Of a stretch of 64,000 bases of DNA, positions 9,749-20,445 are shown piece after piece; the first letter of the stretch is position 1; the number at the start of each line of letters is the position of its first letter. The notes under the pieces are model-generated. The model was not told where the DNA came from. It saw only the letters and a list, made by a program, of their open reading frames with translations, and searched no databases. Where the stretch lies: NCBI GenBank assembly GCA_038746055.1, contig JBCDKX010000001.1, forward strand, positions 1,215-65,214, written 5' to 3'. Both the position numbers and the translations under genes were made by a program. The DNA is from Pseudomonadota bacterium. GTDB lineage: Bacteria; Pseudomonadota; Alphaproteobacteria; Sphingomonadales; Sphingomonadaceae.

Positions 9749-12406
9749 TTAGAATGAAAAATCTACGCCAATCCGAAAGCTGCGCGGTGGAACCACCAGG
9801 CCGACAACCCCCTGATCCAGCATGATCGCACCTGTCTGTGTATTAACAATACCGAAGCTGCGGCTTCTTAGCTGCTCTACGTCCAGGAGGTTTGTGACAG
9901 CCGCGAAAACGTCGAAGTTTCCTTTTCGGAAGCCGGCACGGAGGGTGATGTCACTCCAGTCTTCAACTTCTTCTGTAAGGGTCGCGCCGAAATTTGGGTC
10001 TAGCCCGGCATCGGCAAATGCCTGCTCGAAATCCTCACTTGCCAGGTTGGTGGGATCGGTGAATTGACTGCCAGTGTATGTGAGCGTGCCACTTGCGTAA
10101 AAGCCGGACTCATGTTTGTAGTTCGTCGTGAAGGTGAACGTCAGGTTCGGCGCGAAGGGAAATTCGTTGCCGGCTAGGTTCTGAAAATCGCCTGTGGACG
10201 CGAATTCAAAATCATCAAATTCTGTCTCGAGCAGGCCGATGCTGGCGAAGAAATTCCAGTTCTTATCGAGGTTATAATCGATCGTAAATTCCGCACCATA
10301 AAGCGTCGATTCTCCTGCATTTGCCAGGAAGTCATCAAGGCCGTCCACTTCCTGTATCGGCCCATTAAGCTGGGTAATCTGATCTCTATATTTTGAATAA
10401 AAGATGTTGCCGTTGATGGTCAACTGGCCATTCAGCAGGACATTTCTTGTGCCAATTTCGATTGTATCGAGAAATTCCGGGTCGAACGTGTTTAAGATGT
10501 TTTCATTCACACCAGGGACATTCGTGGGTGCGAGCACAAATTGTGATCCACCGGCGCGATATCCGCGCTGGAAGGAGAGGAATATCGAGTGATCGTCGTC
10601 GAAACTATAGGTAATCGCCGCCCGCGGCAGGAAGGCCTCGAAACGATCGGAAGGCCCCTCGTTGATTTCGGTCTCCCCTGGTCCCGCTGTTCCAAACAAT
10701 TGGTCAAGCACGGTTTGACACGCGACATCGATGAAGGGCACAGGGGCACCAAAAATAGCCCCCGGCAGCGACACTTCACAGTTGTCCGGTTCTACATCGA
10801 CGACAAGGCCAGAGCCAAATCCTCCGATCCGCTCATTGTCGTAGCGGAAGCCAAAATTCAACCGCCAGTGTTCGTCAATATCCCATTCGGCCTGCCCGAA
10901 AACAGCGAAGTTTTCAGCATTGCTGCCACCAAATGAGGTGGCTGTAATGAAACTATCCGCCGGATTGGCTGCGGCAAATAGAGGGTTAATCCCACTAAGA
11001 CCATTTTGGATAAAATTGCGCGTGCGTCCATTGTCTTCAAAATAGTAGCCACCCACAAAGCCACGGATTTTATCGTAGTTGAATTCGATACGCGTTTCTG
11101 CGGAAAATATCTCAGGATCAACTCTATTGCGGGTGAAACTTGGGCTAAGCGGTTCGTCATCTAGCAGGCCGATCCCTCGGATGATATTTGTGTCCTCATA
11201 GGTCAAGATACTGCGGACCAGCCAGTTTTCTGTAAACTCATAGACCGTTTCATTGACTATACGGAGGCTTTCCGTGCTGTTTTGGGGGAAGGCACCAAAG
11301 GTCTCAAAATCGAAAAAGTCGAAGTCCTGGAAAGCGGGGTCTGTCACGGCCAGACCTGAGAAGATAATCGGCGCAGGCCCGCCAACAACAGCATCGATAT
11401 AATCGACCGTGAATTTGGTCGAAAAACCAGGCAGAGCTTTGGGTTCAATCAAGAGCTTGCCGCGGATTAATAGCGACTCCCGGTCATTGGCAGGCTGGCC
11501 AACGGTTACGTTCTGGATGAAGCCATCAGACGTTTGGTAATCCACTGCAATCCTTGCTGCAATTTGGTCTTCAATGATCGGCCCGCTAAGGGCCGCTGCC
11601 AACTGTACTTCGTTGAACCGACCATAGGTTGCTCGAACCTTGCCTTCGAAATCATAGGTCGGGTCAGCGGTTGATACGAAAATACCTCCGGCCAGCGCGT
11701 TTCGCCCCTGGACCGAGGAAATGGGCCCGCGCAATACTTCGACTTGACCAATATCCCAGAGGGACAATGGGCCACGCAACAATGCGCCGCCTGACAGTGG
11801 CGCTCCATCGACATAGACGTTGGAAGCAACGCCCCCGCCTGCGCCAGTTGCGCCATTGCGGCCAATGCCACGGATTGAAAAGTCATTGCCCTGCCCGCTC
11901 CCGGCAGACACGTTTGGAATGCGCAAGATAAGGTCCAGGAGATCGACGATTTCTTCGCGGTCCAGCCTTTCTTGATCGAATACCTCGACCGAAGCCTCCG
12001 TATCCTGAATGCTGCTCTGAAGCTTGGTAGCAGTGACGATGATCGCATCATCTTCATAATCGTTTGCCTTGGATCCATCTTGCGTGACCACAAACGCACC
12101 ACTGGATGACCGCTTGACCGTCAGACCCGATCCCTCCAGCACACGCTCCAGCGCCTGCTCAGCGGTCAGATCCCCGGAAATAGTCGGTGCAGAAAGACCG
12201 CGTGTGAGCTCATCGGGAACGATAATCGAGACATCATATCGATCACTAATCACCAGAAGTGCTGCTCCCAAAGGCTGCGCTTCAATAGAGATTTGCAGGC
12301 GCTCTTCATTCTGTGCCAAAGCCGGTGCTGCATGCGATGCCATTGCAATAGCCGACACGGCACACAGGATTGTTCGGCCGACCCGGTCGGTTGCATTGCG
12401 TATCAT
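9749..12406 (-). CDS. TonB-dependent receptor with N-terminal STN signalling domain (FecA-type transducer)
   Basis: 885 aa; signal peptide, STN domain (ISIEAQPLGAAL...ALERVLEGSGL), IIVTATK TonB-box region, plug VEVLRGP...GRNALAGG, C-terminal Phe. Confidence 0.93.
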   Translation of the reverse strand: MIRNATDRVGRTILCAVSAIAMASHAAPALAQNEERLQISIEAQPLGAALLVISDRYDVSIIVPDELTRGLSAPTISGDLTAEQALERVLEGSGLTVKRSSSGAFVVTQDGSKANDYEDDAIIVTATKLQSSIQDTEASVEVFDQERLDREEIVDLLDLILRIPNVSAGSGQGNDFSIRGIGRNGATGAGGGVASNVYVDGAPLSGGALLRGPLSLWDIGQVEVLRGPISSVQGRNALAGGIFVSTADPTYDFEGKVRATYGRFNEVQLAAALSGPIIEDQIAARIAVDYQTSDGFIQNVTVGQPANDRESLLIRGKLLIEPKALPGFSTKFTVDYIDAVVGGPAPIIFSGLAVTDPAFQDFDFFDFETFGAFPQNSTESLRIVNETVYEFTENWLVRSILTYEDTNIIRGIGLLDDEPLSPSFTRNRVDPEIFSAETRIEFNYDKIRGFVGGYYFEDNGRTRNFIQNGLSGINPLFAAANPADSFITATSFGGSNAENFAVFGQAEWDIDEHWRLNFGFRYDNERIGGFGSGLVVDVEPDNCEVSLPGAIFGAPVPFIDVACQTVLDQLFGTAGPGETEINEGPSDRFEAFLPRAAITYSFDDDHSIFLSFQRGYRAGGSQFVLAPTNVPGVNENILNTFDPEFLDTIEIGTRNVLLNGQLTINGNIFYSKYRDQITQLNGPIQEVDGLDDFLANAGESTLYGAEFTIDYNLDKNWNFFASIGLLETEFDDFEFASTGDFQNLAGNEFPFAPNLTFTFTTNYKHESGFYASGTLTYTGSQFTDPTNLASEDFEQAFADAGLDPNFGATLTEEVEDWSDITLRAGFRKGNFDVFAAVTNLLDVEQLRSRSFGIVNTQTGAIMLDQGVVGLVVPPRSFRIGVDFSF

Positions 12407-12454
12407 TTAGTAGAGGCCCCTTCTGAATATTTTTGCGACTGATTTGCAGTCTCA

Positions 12455-12495
12455 TTCAGGTTAAAGACTCTCGCCCAAGGGAAAGCGTCGCAACA
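12455..12495 (-). promoter_or_regulatory. Possible ECF-sigma promoter for the TonB-dependent receptor
   Basis: Minus strand GCGACG-N17-GTCT upstream of the receptor start; resembles ECF -35/-10 spacing. Weak inference. Confidence 0.25.
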
Positions 12496-12561
12496 AATTT
12501 TGGAAGCGAGCGGAATTTCATCCGAAAAGGACGTGGTACCTGAAGGCTTTTGCCTGTTTGC

Positions 12562-13632
12562 CTACTCGATCACGATCAATCGCTCGCCGTTCTCGTCGAC
12601 CACTCGGACAGGCAGGGCCTCTTCGATCGTCACAATCATGCCCTCAACCTCATCGCTTTTGAAGCGCCCAGACAAGGTCAGGTGCGATGCTGAAGGGTCG
12701 AGCTTGACCGGCTTTCGAGCAAACCGATTAATGTCCGCCACAACCTGTGAAAGCGGCGCCTCGCGATAGGTGAGCTGCTCTGGCTCAAAGGCAGTTAGTG
12801 GCGTTTGCTGAACCGATATGGTCTGCGACTCAGCTCCGAATTTGCCTTCCAGGCGGGTGACTTTGATGCCATCTTCAGTCCAAATTCTCTCGCCAGCCAC
12901 TAGGGATATTGCCCCGTCTGATTTCTTATTTGCACGCTCATTAATTGGCGGACCAACATCGACCGATCCTTCACGCACCCGTACCTCAACGCCTTGATCC
13001 CTTAATTTGGTATCGAACCAAGTTCCTGTGACGGTTATTGTCGCCGCTCCGGTCTGAACCAGGAACGGCCGCTCAAGGTCTGTCGCAACTTTAAAAGACG
13101 CTTCGCCTGCGCTAAGAGTTAGGCTTCTGGATGTTTCAGAGTAGACAGCCACCAGTTGCGTGCCGGGCTCCAGTGTGATCCGCGTTCCATCTGGTAATTT
13201 AGCGACTTTTTTCTGGGTTTCTGATGAGGCCAGTTGATAGCGCTGAGGTTCATCACCTGTAGTCCATTCGGGCAAGGTTCCCGTGAGTAGCATGCCTCCC
13301 AGTACAAGCATAATCGCCACAGAGGCAGCGATGGCTCTTATTCCTGCTGAGGAGAAAGCTGACGCTGTTTTTGAATACCGATCCCAGTCCGGGCCATCAG
13401 AATCGTTAGCGGCGCTCAAAGCATCGCATGCATCGGGTCGATCATATGCTATTGTTGCAAGCCTACCCCAGGCTATCTCGGCTTCGAGAAACGCATCCCG
13501 GTGAGCGATATCTTCCGCTAGCCAACGCTTAAATTGCGCCTCCTCATGCTGCGAGAGTCCTTCCTCCATTCTCGCGCGCCACATTTGCGCCTCGCTAGGA
13601 TTAGGCTCGCTTTGCGTCATGAGCTTAACCAT
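12562..13632 (-). CDS. fecR: FecR family anti-sigma/transmembrane sensor
   Basis: EAQMWRAR...FKRWLAED.AHRDAF N-terminal domain, single TM, LPDGTRITL, GEASFKV, VTGTWF, VREGSV, PLSQVVADINRF. Confidence 0.92.
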   Translation of the reverse strand: MVKLMTQSEPNPSEAQMWRARMEEGLSQHEEAQFKRWLAEDIAHRDAFLEAEIAWGRLATIAYDRPDACDALSAANDSDGPDWDRYSKTASAFSSAGIRAIAASVAIMLVLGGMLLTGTLPEWTTGDEPQRYQLASSETQKKVAKLPDGTRITLEPGTQLVAVYSETSRSLTLSAGEASFKVATDLERPFLVQTGAATITVTGTWFDTKLRDQGVEVRVREGSVDVGPPINERANKKSDGAISLVAGERIWTEDGIKVTRLEGKFGAESQTISVQQTPLTAFEPEQLTYREAPLSQVVADINRFARKPVKLDPSASHLTLSGRFKSDEVEGMIVTIEEALPVRVVDENGERLIVIE

Positions 13633-14239
13633 CCTTGCGCGCTTTAGCGGCGCCTCTAGCGAGAGCCTTGGTGAGTTGTTCGGTTGCGATCGCGATATGC
13701 CGGACTGCAGATGAGCGGTTTACGCCATATTTGCGCCCAGCCGCCTCAGCCGAAAGTCCATCGACCCGCTTGGCCAGAAAGATATTGCGACGACGTTCTG
13801 ACATGGTTGCGAGCACTTCGGTCACGAGTTTCAACTCCTCTCTACTTATCAAGACTCTTTCGGGATCAATTTCGTCGCATTCCTCGATGAAAGAGTCTTG
13901 GGTGAGATAACTCGCATATTTCGAGCGCACGCCGAGAGCACGGATCTCGGTTAGCATGAGATTCCGTGCTGCAACCCACACGTAATTCTTGCTATCCTTT
14001 ATGTGATCGAGATCTTCACGTGCGCTCAGATTGGCAAAGGCCCGCTGGGCCACATCCTCGGGATCGGGCGGCCCCAAGCCATAAGTCGAGGTAAGCCCCG
14101 CCACGATTTCTGAGAAATATTCGTCATAAAGGCGCGCAATTCGGCTTTGGATAGTTGGTTTGGCGCCACTTGATGGCACTGCTCCGCTTTCGTCACCCAC
14201 TGATTTAGGCTGTCCAAACTCGCGAGAAGATCGCAACAC
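13625..14239 (-). CDS. ECF RNA polymerase sigma factor (FecI-like)
   Basis: DPEDVAQRAF, YVWVAARNL, DPERVL and C-terminal sigma-4 HTH; overlaps fecR. Start uncertain. Confidence 0.88.
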   Translation of the reverse strand: MLRSSREFGQPKSVGDESGAVPSSGAKPTIQSRIARLYDEYFSEIVAGLTSTYGLGPPDPEDVAQRAFANLSAREDLDHIKDSKNYVWVAARNLMLTEIRALGVRSKYASYLTQDSFIEECDEIDPERVLISREELKLVTEVLATMSERRRNIFLAKRVDGLSAEAAGRKYGVNRSSAVRHIAIATEQLTKALARGAAKARKDG

Positions 14240-14520
14240 ACCCTTTACCTTACGAAACTACAACTGTGTTGACCGGTAGTGCCAAAATATCGTTCAGCTT
14301 TCAATCCTCGGCAGAGCGGTGTTTATCGCGCCTTGTGCTCACTATGGAGCAGCGACGGAAAACACAATGGCACGATGGATGGCATGGAAGTATTTTCTTG
14401 GAGGTACTGGCAATTATGCAACCCATAGCCTGGGGCTGGACAACCGCGTCGGTGCTATCAATCTAGCGCGCAATCCTCTCCGCCAGACACAGAGCGCCCT
14501 GTCCTTGCTGTTCTTCAAGC

Positions 14521-14587
14521 CATGAAGGGTCCATCTAGCAGGACGGCTGACGCTTGATATTTGCTGCCACATTGATCTGACAAGAGC
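14521..14587 (-). mobile_element. Isolated IS6-family left-end scar
   Basis: GCTGCCACATTGATCTGACAA (14563-14583) differs by 1 base from GCTGCCACGTTGATCTGACAA (9562-9582), same orientation; no transposase follows. Confidence 0.65.
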
Positions 14588-14661
14588 AGTGCGCCGCCAT
14601 CTTTACGCATTAAAATCACGTATAGGCTATTATACCGAGAAGCATATTAGAAGCTTCCTTC

Positions 14662-14677
14662 ATTAAAACATTTTAAT
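14662..14677. promoter_or_regulatory. Perfect AT-rich palindrome upstream of the RND operon (candidate operator)
   Basis: ATTAAAA-CA-TTTTAAT about 150 bp before the MFP start. Confidence 0.3.
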
Positions 14678-14828
14678 AACAATGGCTTGCAGGTGCAGCC
14701 TTTCTCCTATGCAAAAATGCGCACCCCCTGCGCGCTGAGGTCCGTCGACTCTACCTGAACAGTTTGAGATGAAACTGGAGTGGTTTCGCAATGTAAAATT
14801 CTCGACGAAAAGAAAATTGGGGTGATAG

Positions 14829-15884
14829 TTGAGCAAATCTTTCGCCGTTCTACTTGTACTTGGACTGTGCGTTGCTGGCTGTTCCGATGAAGTCGAGCTG
14901 CAAGGCGAAGCGCCCGCGCGAGCGGTCAAACTCGCCAAGGTTGAAAAAGCGAATACACGGCTTCGTAACTCTTACCCAGCGAGCATCAGATCGATACGTA
15001 GCACAGACCTTGCCTTTCAGGTATCAGGCCGGATCACCGATTGGCGTGCGCTTGAAGGCAAGCGGTTTCGCAAAGGAGAGGTAATCGCCCGCCTCGATTC
15101 ACGCAGCTTCAAAAACAATGTGGCTCAGGCGGCCGCCGAGTATCGAAACGCGCAAAGCGAATTCGAAAGGGCAAAGCGCCTTATTGATGAAAATGCCATT
15201 TCCCAAAGCGTGCTGGAGAGCCGTCTCGCCCAGCGCGAGGTAGCCGCAGCGGCATTAGACAGCGCAAAAAAAGATCTGGCCGATACGGTACTGATTGCGC
15301 CCTTTAATGGCGGAGTGGGCAAGACCTATGTGGAGCAGTTCCAGAGTGTCCTTGCGCAAACCCCCATCCTCACGCTGCAGAGCAATCAGGTTGAGGCGAT
15401 AATTGATGTGCCGGGAAGCTTCGTCATCAATTCACCAAAGCTGCAATCAATAGAAGCCATGGTCGAGCTGGATGCGGCGCCCGGCCAACAATTTCCCGCT
15501 ACTTTCCGTGAGGCAGCAGGACAAGCAGACACCTCGACGCAGACCTTTGATGCGAAGTTCACATTTTCTCCCCCTGCGGACCTGCTGGTCCTGAATGGAA
15601 TGACCGCCCGTGTGCTCACCAGCGCCAAGATCTTCGACGCCAATAGCGAGGAGAATACCGGACTTACTGTGCCACTCTCCGCAATATTCCGTCACGAAGG
15701 CAAGTCCTATGTCTGGGTTGTCAAACCTGTTGAACGGACCATTTCCAAGCGCGTGATTGAGACTGCCTCCAGCGTTGGTACCCGCATTGTTGTCAGCAAA
15801 GGTTTGAAAGCCGGCGAGACTATCGTCGCTGTCGGCGGCGCCTACCTCAATGAGGGTGATCGGGTGCGCCAGTGGACACCCTGA
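14829..15884 (+). CDS. RND efflux periplasmic adaptor (MFP), lipoprotein
   Basis: Lipobox VAGC; LAFQVSGRI, GEVIARLD, LIAPFNG and VPLSAI motifs. Confidence 0.92.
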   Translation: MSKSFAVLLVLGLCVAGCSDEVELQGEAPARAVKLAKVEKANTRLRNSYPASIRSIRSTDLAFQVSGRITDWRALEGKRFRKGEVIARLDSRSFKNNVAQAAAEYRNAQSEFERAKRLIDENAISQSVLESRLAQREVAAAALDSAKKDLADTVLIAPFNGGVGKTYVEQFQSVLAQTPILTLQSNQVEAIIDVPGSFVINSPKLQSIEAMVELDAAPGQQFPATFREAAGQADTSTQTFDAKFTFSPPADLLVLNGMTARVLTSAKIFDANSEENTGLTVPLSAIFRHEGKSYVWVVKPVERTISKRVIETASSVGTRIVVSKGLKAGETIVAVGGAYLNEGDRVRQWTP

Positions 15885-15915
15885 GCGCAAAACAGATCAA
15901 GCCGGGGCCGGTCGC

Positions 15916-18900
15916 ATGAATATTGCTGAATTCAGCATCAAGAACCGGTTGATCATGTGGATCATTATCGTCCTGTCGGTTGCGATGGGCTACCAGGCAT
16001 ATATGGAAATGCCGCGGTTCGAAGACCCGGAGTTCACCATCCGGGTGGCGCAAGTTTTGACCCCCTACCCCGGAGCCAGCCCGGAGGAAGTAGCCGCGGA
16101 GGTGACAACGCCTCTGGAAACCAAGCTACAGGAAATGCCCGAGATTGATGAACTCACGTCGACTTCTTCTGACGGCTTTTCCGAGATTGAAGTGGAGATC
16201 AAGTTCTCCGCAGCAGAGGACAAAGCTGCCCTTCAGGAGATCTGGAACAAGCTGCGCAATAAGGTCAACGATGCACAAGGCGATCTGCCCTCGGGCGCGG
16301 GGCCATCATTCGTTTATGATGAATATGGCGATGTCTTCGGCATCATGTACATGCTGACCGGCAAGGGATATTCCTATGCCGAACTCGATTCCTATGCTTC
16401 GGAACTGCGACTTGAGCTGCTGGCAGTCCCAGGGGTCGGCAAAGTCAACATCACTGGTGATCTTGAAGAAACCATTTATATCGAAATACCCAGCGAGAGA
16501 GTCGCTTCGCTGGGGCCTTCAATCGATACGATTTTTACGCAGCTATCCAATCAGAACGCGATTGTGCCAACGGGCAGCGTCAAGATCGATGAACGGCGTT
16601 TGGTAGTTACTGCCACCGGTGATGTCGATTCCGTTGAGGCGATCGAAAGCGTCCTGATTTCATCGCCCGATGGCAGCGTCGCCCGTTTGGGAAGCATTGC
16701 CACTGTGACGCGTGGTTATGAGGACCCGGCCAGCCTGATAACACGCTATGATGATGAACCTGCACTGGTAATCGGGATCGCGGCTGTTTCAGGTTCCAAT
16801 GTTGTGGCCATCGGCAAAGACATTGATGCACGTCTCGCCGAATTGGAAACCTCACGTCCTGCCGGAATGCAACTGCAGGAATTCTATCATCAGGGTACGG
16901 TCGTCGATGCATCGATCACAGACTTTGTCGTGAACCTTGCCACCGCATTGGCGATCGTCATTGTCACTCTGCTGATTTTCATGGGCGTGCGCTCCGGCCT
17001 GATCATCGGACTGGTCCTGCTTATCACTGTCGCTGCGACCCTCGCGATAATGTATATCGTCAATGTCCCGATGCATCGGATCTCATTGGGTGCGCTGATC
17101 ATTGCGCTCGGAATGCTGGTCGACAATGCCATCGTTGTGACCGATGGAATCATAGCTGGCATGAAGCGCGGCGAAACGTTGCTGGAAGCAGCCAAGAAAG
17201 TGATCGCCAAGTCGCTATGGACCCTTCTTGGCGGCACAATCGTTGGGATTCTCGCCTTCTCGGTCGTCGGCTTTGCACCTGGATCAACAGCCGAGTTCAC
17301 CGGGGACCTGTTCTGGGTGATCCTGATCTCGCTGATGTTCAGTTGGCTTTTCGCTGTCACGCTTACGCCGTTTTTGTGTGACCTGATGCTCAAGCACGAA
17401 ATTGGAGATGGCACCGAAGATCAGCAAGACAGCCGTTTCATGGCCGCCTTCAAAGGCTTTGTCGCAGCGCTGATCCGCGTCCGTTACATCACGGTGGTGG
17501 TCGCGGTAGTGCTGTTTGCGGTGTCACTATACGGCTTCAATTACGTCAAATCGGGCTTCTTTCCGGCAACGACCTCGCCTCAGGTCGTAGTGGATTATTG
17601 GGGGCTTGAGGGCACAGATATTACAGTAACGGACCAGCGCCTTGGTGAACTTGCCGAGTTCATCGCCACAATTGACGGGGTTAATCATATAAAGTCGGTT
17701 ATCGGCGGCGGCACGCAACGCTACATGCTGATATACACTTTCGAGAGTCAAAACAGCGCCTATGCGCAGCTGCTCATCAAGGTGGAAGATTCAGACCAGC
17801 TCGACCGGATCATTCTTGAAATCCAGGATTATATCGATACGAATATCGACAACGCTCTGGCACGGGCGTGGCGTTTCTCGATGGGACCCGGTGGCGGATC
17901 AAAGATAGAGGCGACCTTCCTCGGACCTGATCCCAAAGTGCTGCGGCGGCTCTCTAATGAGGCGCAAGATATCCTGCGGGCAACGCCAGGTTCGATGATG
18001 GTCAAGGATGATTGGCGCGAACCTGTCCCCGTTGTTGAGATTGACTATGCAGATGATCGCGGCCGACGTGCAGGCATATCGCGAACCGATCTCGGCACTT
18101 CTGTAGCGCGGGCCTATAGCGGCTATCAGGTTGGCACTTATCGTGAAGGTGATGACCTCATTCCTATCAAATATCGGGCCCCTCCCAACGAACGAAACAA
18201 TGTCACGAGTATAAATAGCGTCCCGGTCAACAATGCAGCGGGCGACACTGTGCCACTCGCCCAGGTGGCTGACGACATCAACACTGTATTCCGCAACAAC
18301 CGCCTGAAGAAAATCGACAAGGTTTACGCGATCAGCGCGCAGGCTGATCCTGTGCCAGGGGTTATCGCCGGAGATCTCCAAAGCGCGGTCCAAGACGAAA
18401 TCGAAGCGATGGAGCTTCCGCCCGGCTATTCTTTTGAATGGAATGGCGAGCTGGGTGACAGCGCTGAGGCAAACGAGAATCTGGCAAGCATCATTCCTTA
18501 CAGCTTCGGAGCAATGGTGCTGGTCGTCATCCTGCTGTTCAACGCATTGCGACAGCCTCTGGTGATCTGGCTGACTGTGCCCTTCGCACTGGTCGGGGTC
18601 ACATTTGGGTTGCTGCTCATGGGTGTGCCGTTCGAGTTCATGGCGATCTTGGGTTTTCTGTCGCTGGCCGGACTGCTTATCAAAAACGCGATTGTGCTGG
18701 TCGATGAAATTGACGAGCAGATTGCTGATGGCAAGCCGCGCTTTGACGCGCTTGTCGACAGCTCGGCAAGCCGCTTCAGTCCTGTGCTGTTGAGCTCTGG
18801 AACCACAATCCTGGGCCTGATCCCGCTTTTCACCGACGCTTTCTTCCAGTCAATGGCTGTGACTTTGGTCTTCGGCCTGAGCTTCGCGACCGTCTTAACG

Positions 18901-19017
18901 CTAGCCGTAGTCCCGGTTTTCTATGCAATCTTTTTCGGTATCCGAAATGATGAGACAGCAAAGAATGAAGCGCCTGACCAAGCTCCCTCTTCCGGAGCTG
19001 AAGGAACGGCGTCGTGA
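15916..19017 (+). CDS. RND efflux permease (AcrB/AcrD/AcrF superfamily)
   Basis: MNIAEFSIKN start, EDPEFTIR, YPGASPEEV, TM4 GMLVDNAIVV, TM10 IKNAIVLVD, SRFSPVLLSSGTT. ATG 15916 preferred over 15850. Confidence 0.95.
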   Translation: MNIAEFSIKNRLIMWIIIVLSVAMGYQAYMEMPRFEDPEFTIRVAQVLTPYPGASPEEVAAEVTTPLETKLQEMPEIDELTSTSSDGFSEIEVEIKFSAAEDKAALQEIWNKLRNKVNDAQGDLPSGAGPSFVYDEYGDVFGIMYMLTGKGYSYAELDSYASELRLELLAVPGVGKVNITGDLEETIYIEIPSERVASLGPSIDTIFTQLSNQNAIVPTGSVKIDERRLVVTATGDVDSVEAIESVLISSPDGSVARLGSIATVTRGYEDPASLITRYDDEPALVIGIAAVSGSNVVAIGKDIDARLAELETSRPAGMQLQEFYHQGTVVDASITDFVVNLATALAIVIVTLLIFMGVRSGLIIGLVLLITVAATLAIMYIVNVPMHRISLGALIIALGMLVDNAIVVTDGIIAGMKRGETLLEAAKKVIAKSLWTLLGGTIVGILAFSVVGFAPGSTAEFTGDLFWVILISLMFSWLFAVTLTPFLCDLMLKHEIGDGTEDQQDSRFMAAFKGFVAALIRVRYITVVVAVVLFAVSLYGFNYVKSGFFPATTSPQVVVDYWGLEGTDITVTDQRLGELAEFIATIDGVNHIKSVIGGGTQRYMLIYTFESQNSAYAQLLIKVEDSDQLDRIILEIQDYIDTNIDNALARAWRFSMGPGGGSKIEATFLGPDPKVLRRLSNEAQDILRATPGSMMVKDDWREPVPVVEIDYADDRGRRAGISRTDLGTSVARAYSGYQVGTYREGDDLIPIKYRAPPNERNNVTSINSVPVNNAAGDTVPLAQVADDINTVFRNNRLKKIDKVYAISAQADPVPGVIAGDLQSAVQDEIEAMELPPGYSFEWNGELGDSAEANENLASIIPYSFGAMVLVVILLFNALRQPLVIWLTVPFALVGVTFGLLLMGVPFEFMAILGFLSLAGLLIKNAIVLVDEIDEQIADGKPRFDALVDSSASRFSPVLLSSGTTILGLIPLFTDAFFQSMAVTLVFGLSFATVLTLAVVPVFYAIFFGIRNDETAKNEAPDQAPSSGAEGTAS

Positions 19018-20444
19018 TCGGTATTCGCTTCCTCCTGGCCGGGGCCGCGGTCCTTGCGCTGGCGGGATGCGCATCGCTCACGACGCAAGAGGGAGTGCGC
19101 GAAGCAACCCGCCAAAGCCTACCGGAGTTGCCTTCACAATGGCTTGTTGATGGCGCTTTGCCAGGTGAAGTCGAGATCGGCTGGATCGAAAAGCTCGGAG
19201 ACCCTGTCCTTGTCGAACTTGTGCGCGAGGCACAGCTTGCCAATCGCGATATTCTGGCAGCAGCGGCCAATGTCGAGGCATCCTATGCAATTGCACGGCA
19301 AGCGCGGTCAGCATTGTTTCCGGCAATCGATGCAGGTGTTACAGCGCGCGAGAGCGAGCTATTTGAAAACCCCACTGCTGGCCAAACCAGTTCGGTGTTT
19401 CTCTCACCTGATTATGATTTCTCGCTCCAGGCCAGCTGGGAAGCCGACCTTTGGGGTCGCATTCGCGCCGGGCGTAACGCCGCTTATGCCAGCGCTCAAG
19501 CGGTCGAAGCCGATTTCCGCTTTGCCCAATATTCGCTCGCCGCGGCAGTAGCGCAATCCTATTTCGCCGTGATTGAAGCCGATCTTCAGATCGACGTCGC
19601 ACAACGCACCTATGATTCTTATGCCGAAATTGATCGCATCGTACGGGTCCGTGTGCGCGAAGGTTATGCCGATGAACAAGACCTGCGGACTGCCGCTTCT
19701 GATCTCGCAACCATTCGCGATAGTCTGGAAAACGCTCTTGGTGCCAAGCGTAGCGCCGTTCGCGCACTTGAAATTCTGGTCGGCCGTTATCCGTCCACAA
19801 CTCTGGAAGGTGCCAAGCAACTCCCGGCGACACCGCCCGCACCGCCCTCCGGTTTACCTTCGCAATTATTGGAAAGACGCCCAGACGTGATTGCCGCAGA
19901 ACGCGATGTTTCTGCTGCCTTTTCAGAGCTTGATCAGACAAAGGCGGCGCGCTTGCCGATCTTGAACTTGACAGGCAGTGTTGGCGGTTCTTCCAACGAA
20001 CTCGATAATATTCTTGATGGCCGCAACCTCGTCTGGTCCGTAATCGGCAGTTTGCTCCAGCCAATATTTGATGGCGATCTTCGAGGATCACAGGTGGACG
20101 AAGCAGACGCCAATAAACGCGCAGCGGTTGCGAATTACGCTGCCACTGCGTTGAGCGCACTTGAAGAGGTCGAAAACAATCTTGACCAGTTCACGGTGCT
20201 GCGCTTGCGGGAAGGCGCGCTTCTTGATGCACGTGATGAAGCCATCGAAGCGGTCCGCTTGGCTGAATTTCGTTACAAAGAAGGCGAAACCGATCTTATT
20301 GATCTTCTGAATATCCAACAGCGCCAGTTTTCTACCGAGCAGGAATTTGTTTCCATTCAGCGCGCCCGGGTTGATCAATGGGTTAACCTCAACCTCGCCC
20401 TTGGCGGTTCCTGGGACACGCCCCCAGACGAAGTGCAGAACTGA
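19014..20444 (+). CDS. Outer membrane efflux factor (NodT/OprM-type lipoprotein)
   Basis: Lipobox LAGC, SWEADLWGRIR, LLERRPDVIAAE, LALGGSW; GTGA overlap with the permease. Confidence 0.93.
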   Translation: MIGIRFLLAGAAVLALAGCASLTTQEGVREATRQSLPELPSQWLVDGALPGEVEIGWIEKLGDPVLVELVREAQLANRDILAAAANVEASYAIARQARSALFPAIDAGVTARESELFENPTAGQTSSVFLSPDYDFSLQASWEADLWGRIRAGRNAAYASAQAVEADFRFAQYSLAAAVAQSYFAVIEADLQIDVAQRTYDSYAEIDRIVRVRVREGYADEQDLRTAASDLATIRDSLENALGAKRSAVRALEILVGRYPSTTLEGAKQLPATPPAPPSGLPSQLLERRPDVIAAERDVSAAFSELDQTKAARLPILNLTGSVGGSSNELDNILDGRNLVWSVIGSLLQPIFDGDLRGSQVDEADANKRAAVANYAATALSALEEVENNLDQFTVLRLREGALLDARDEAIEAVRLAEFRYKEGETDLIDLLNIQQRQFSTEQEFVSIQRARVDQWVNLNLALGGSWDTPPDEVQN

Positions 20445-20445
20445 A

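Noticed and set aside
14266-14525. Small ORFs between the sigma factor and the IS6 scar
   Set aside because: No recognisable family or RBS; likely decayed sequence.
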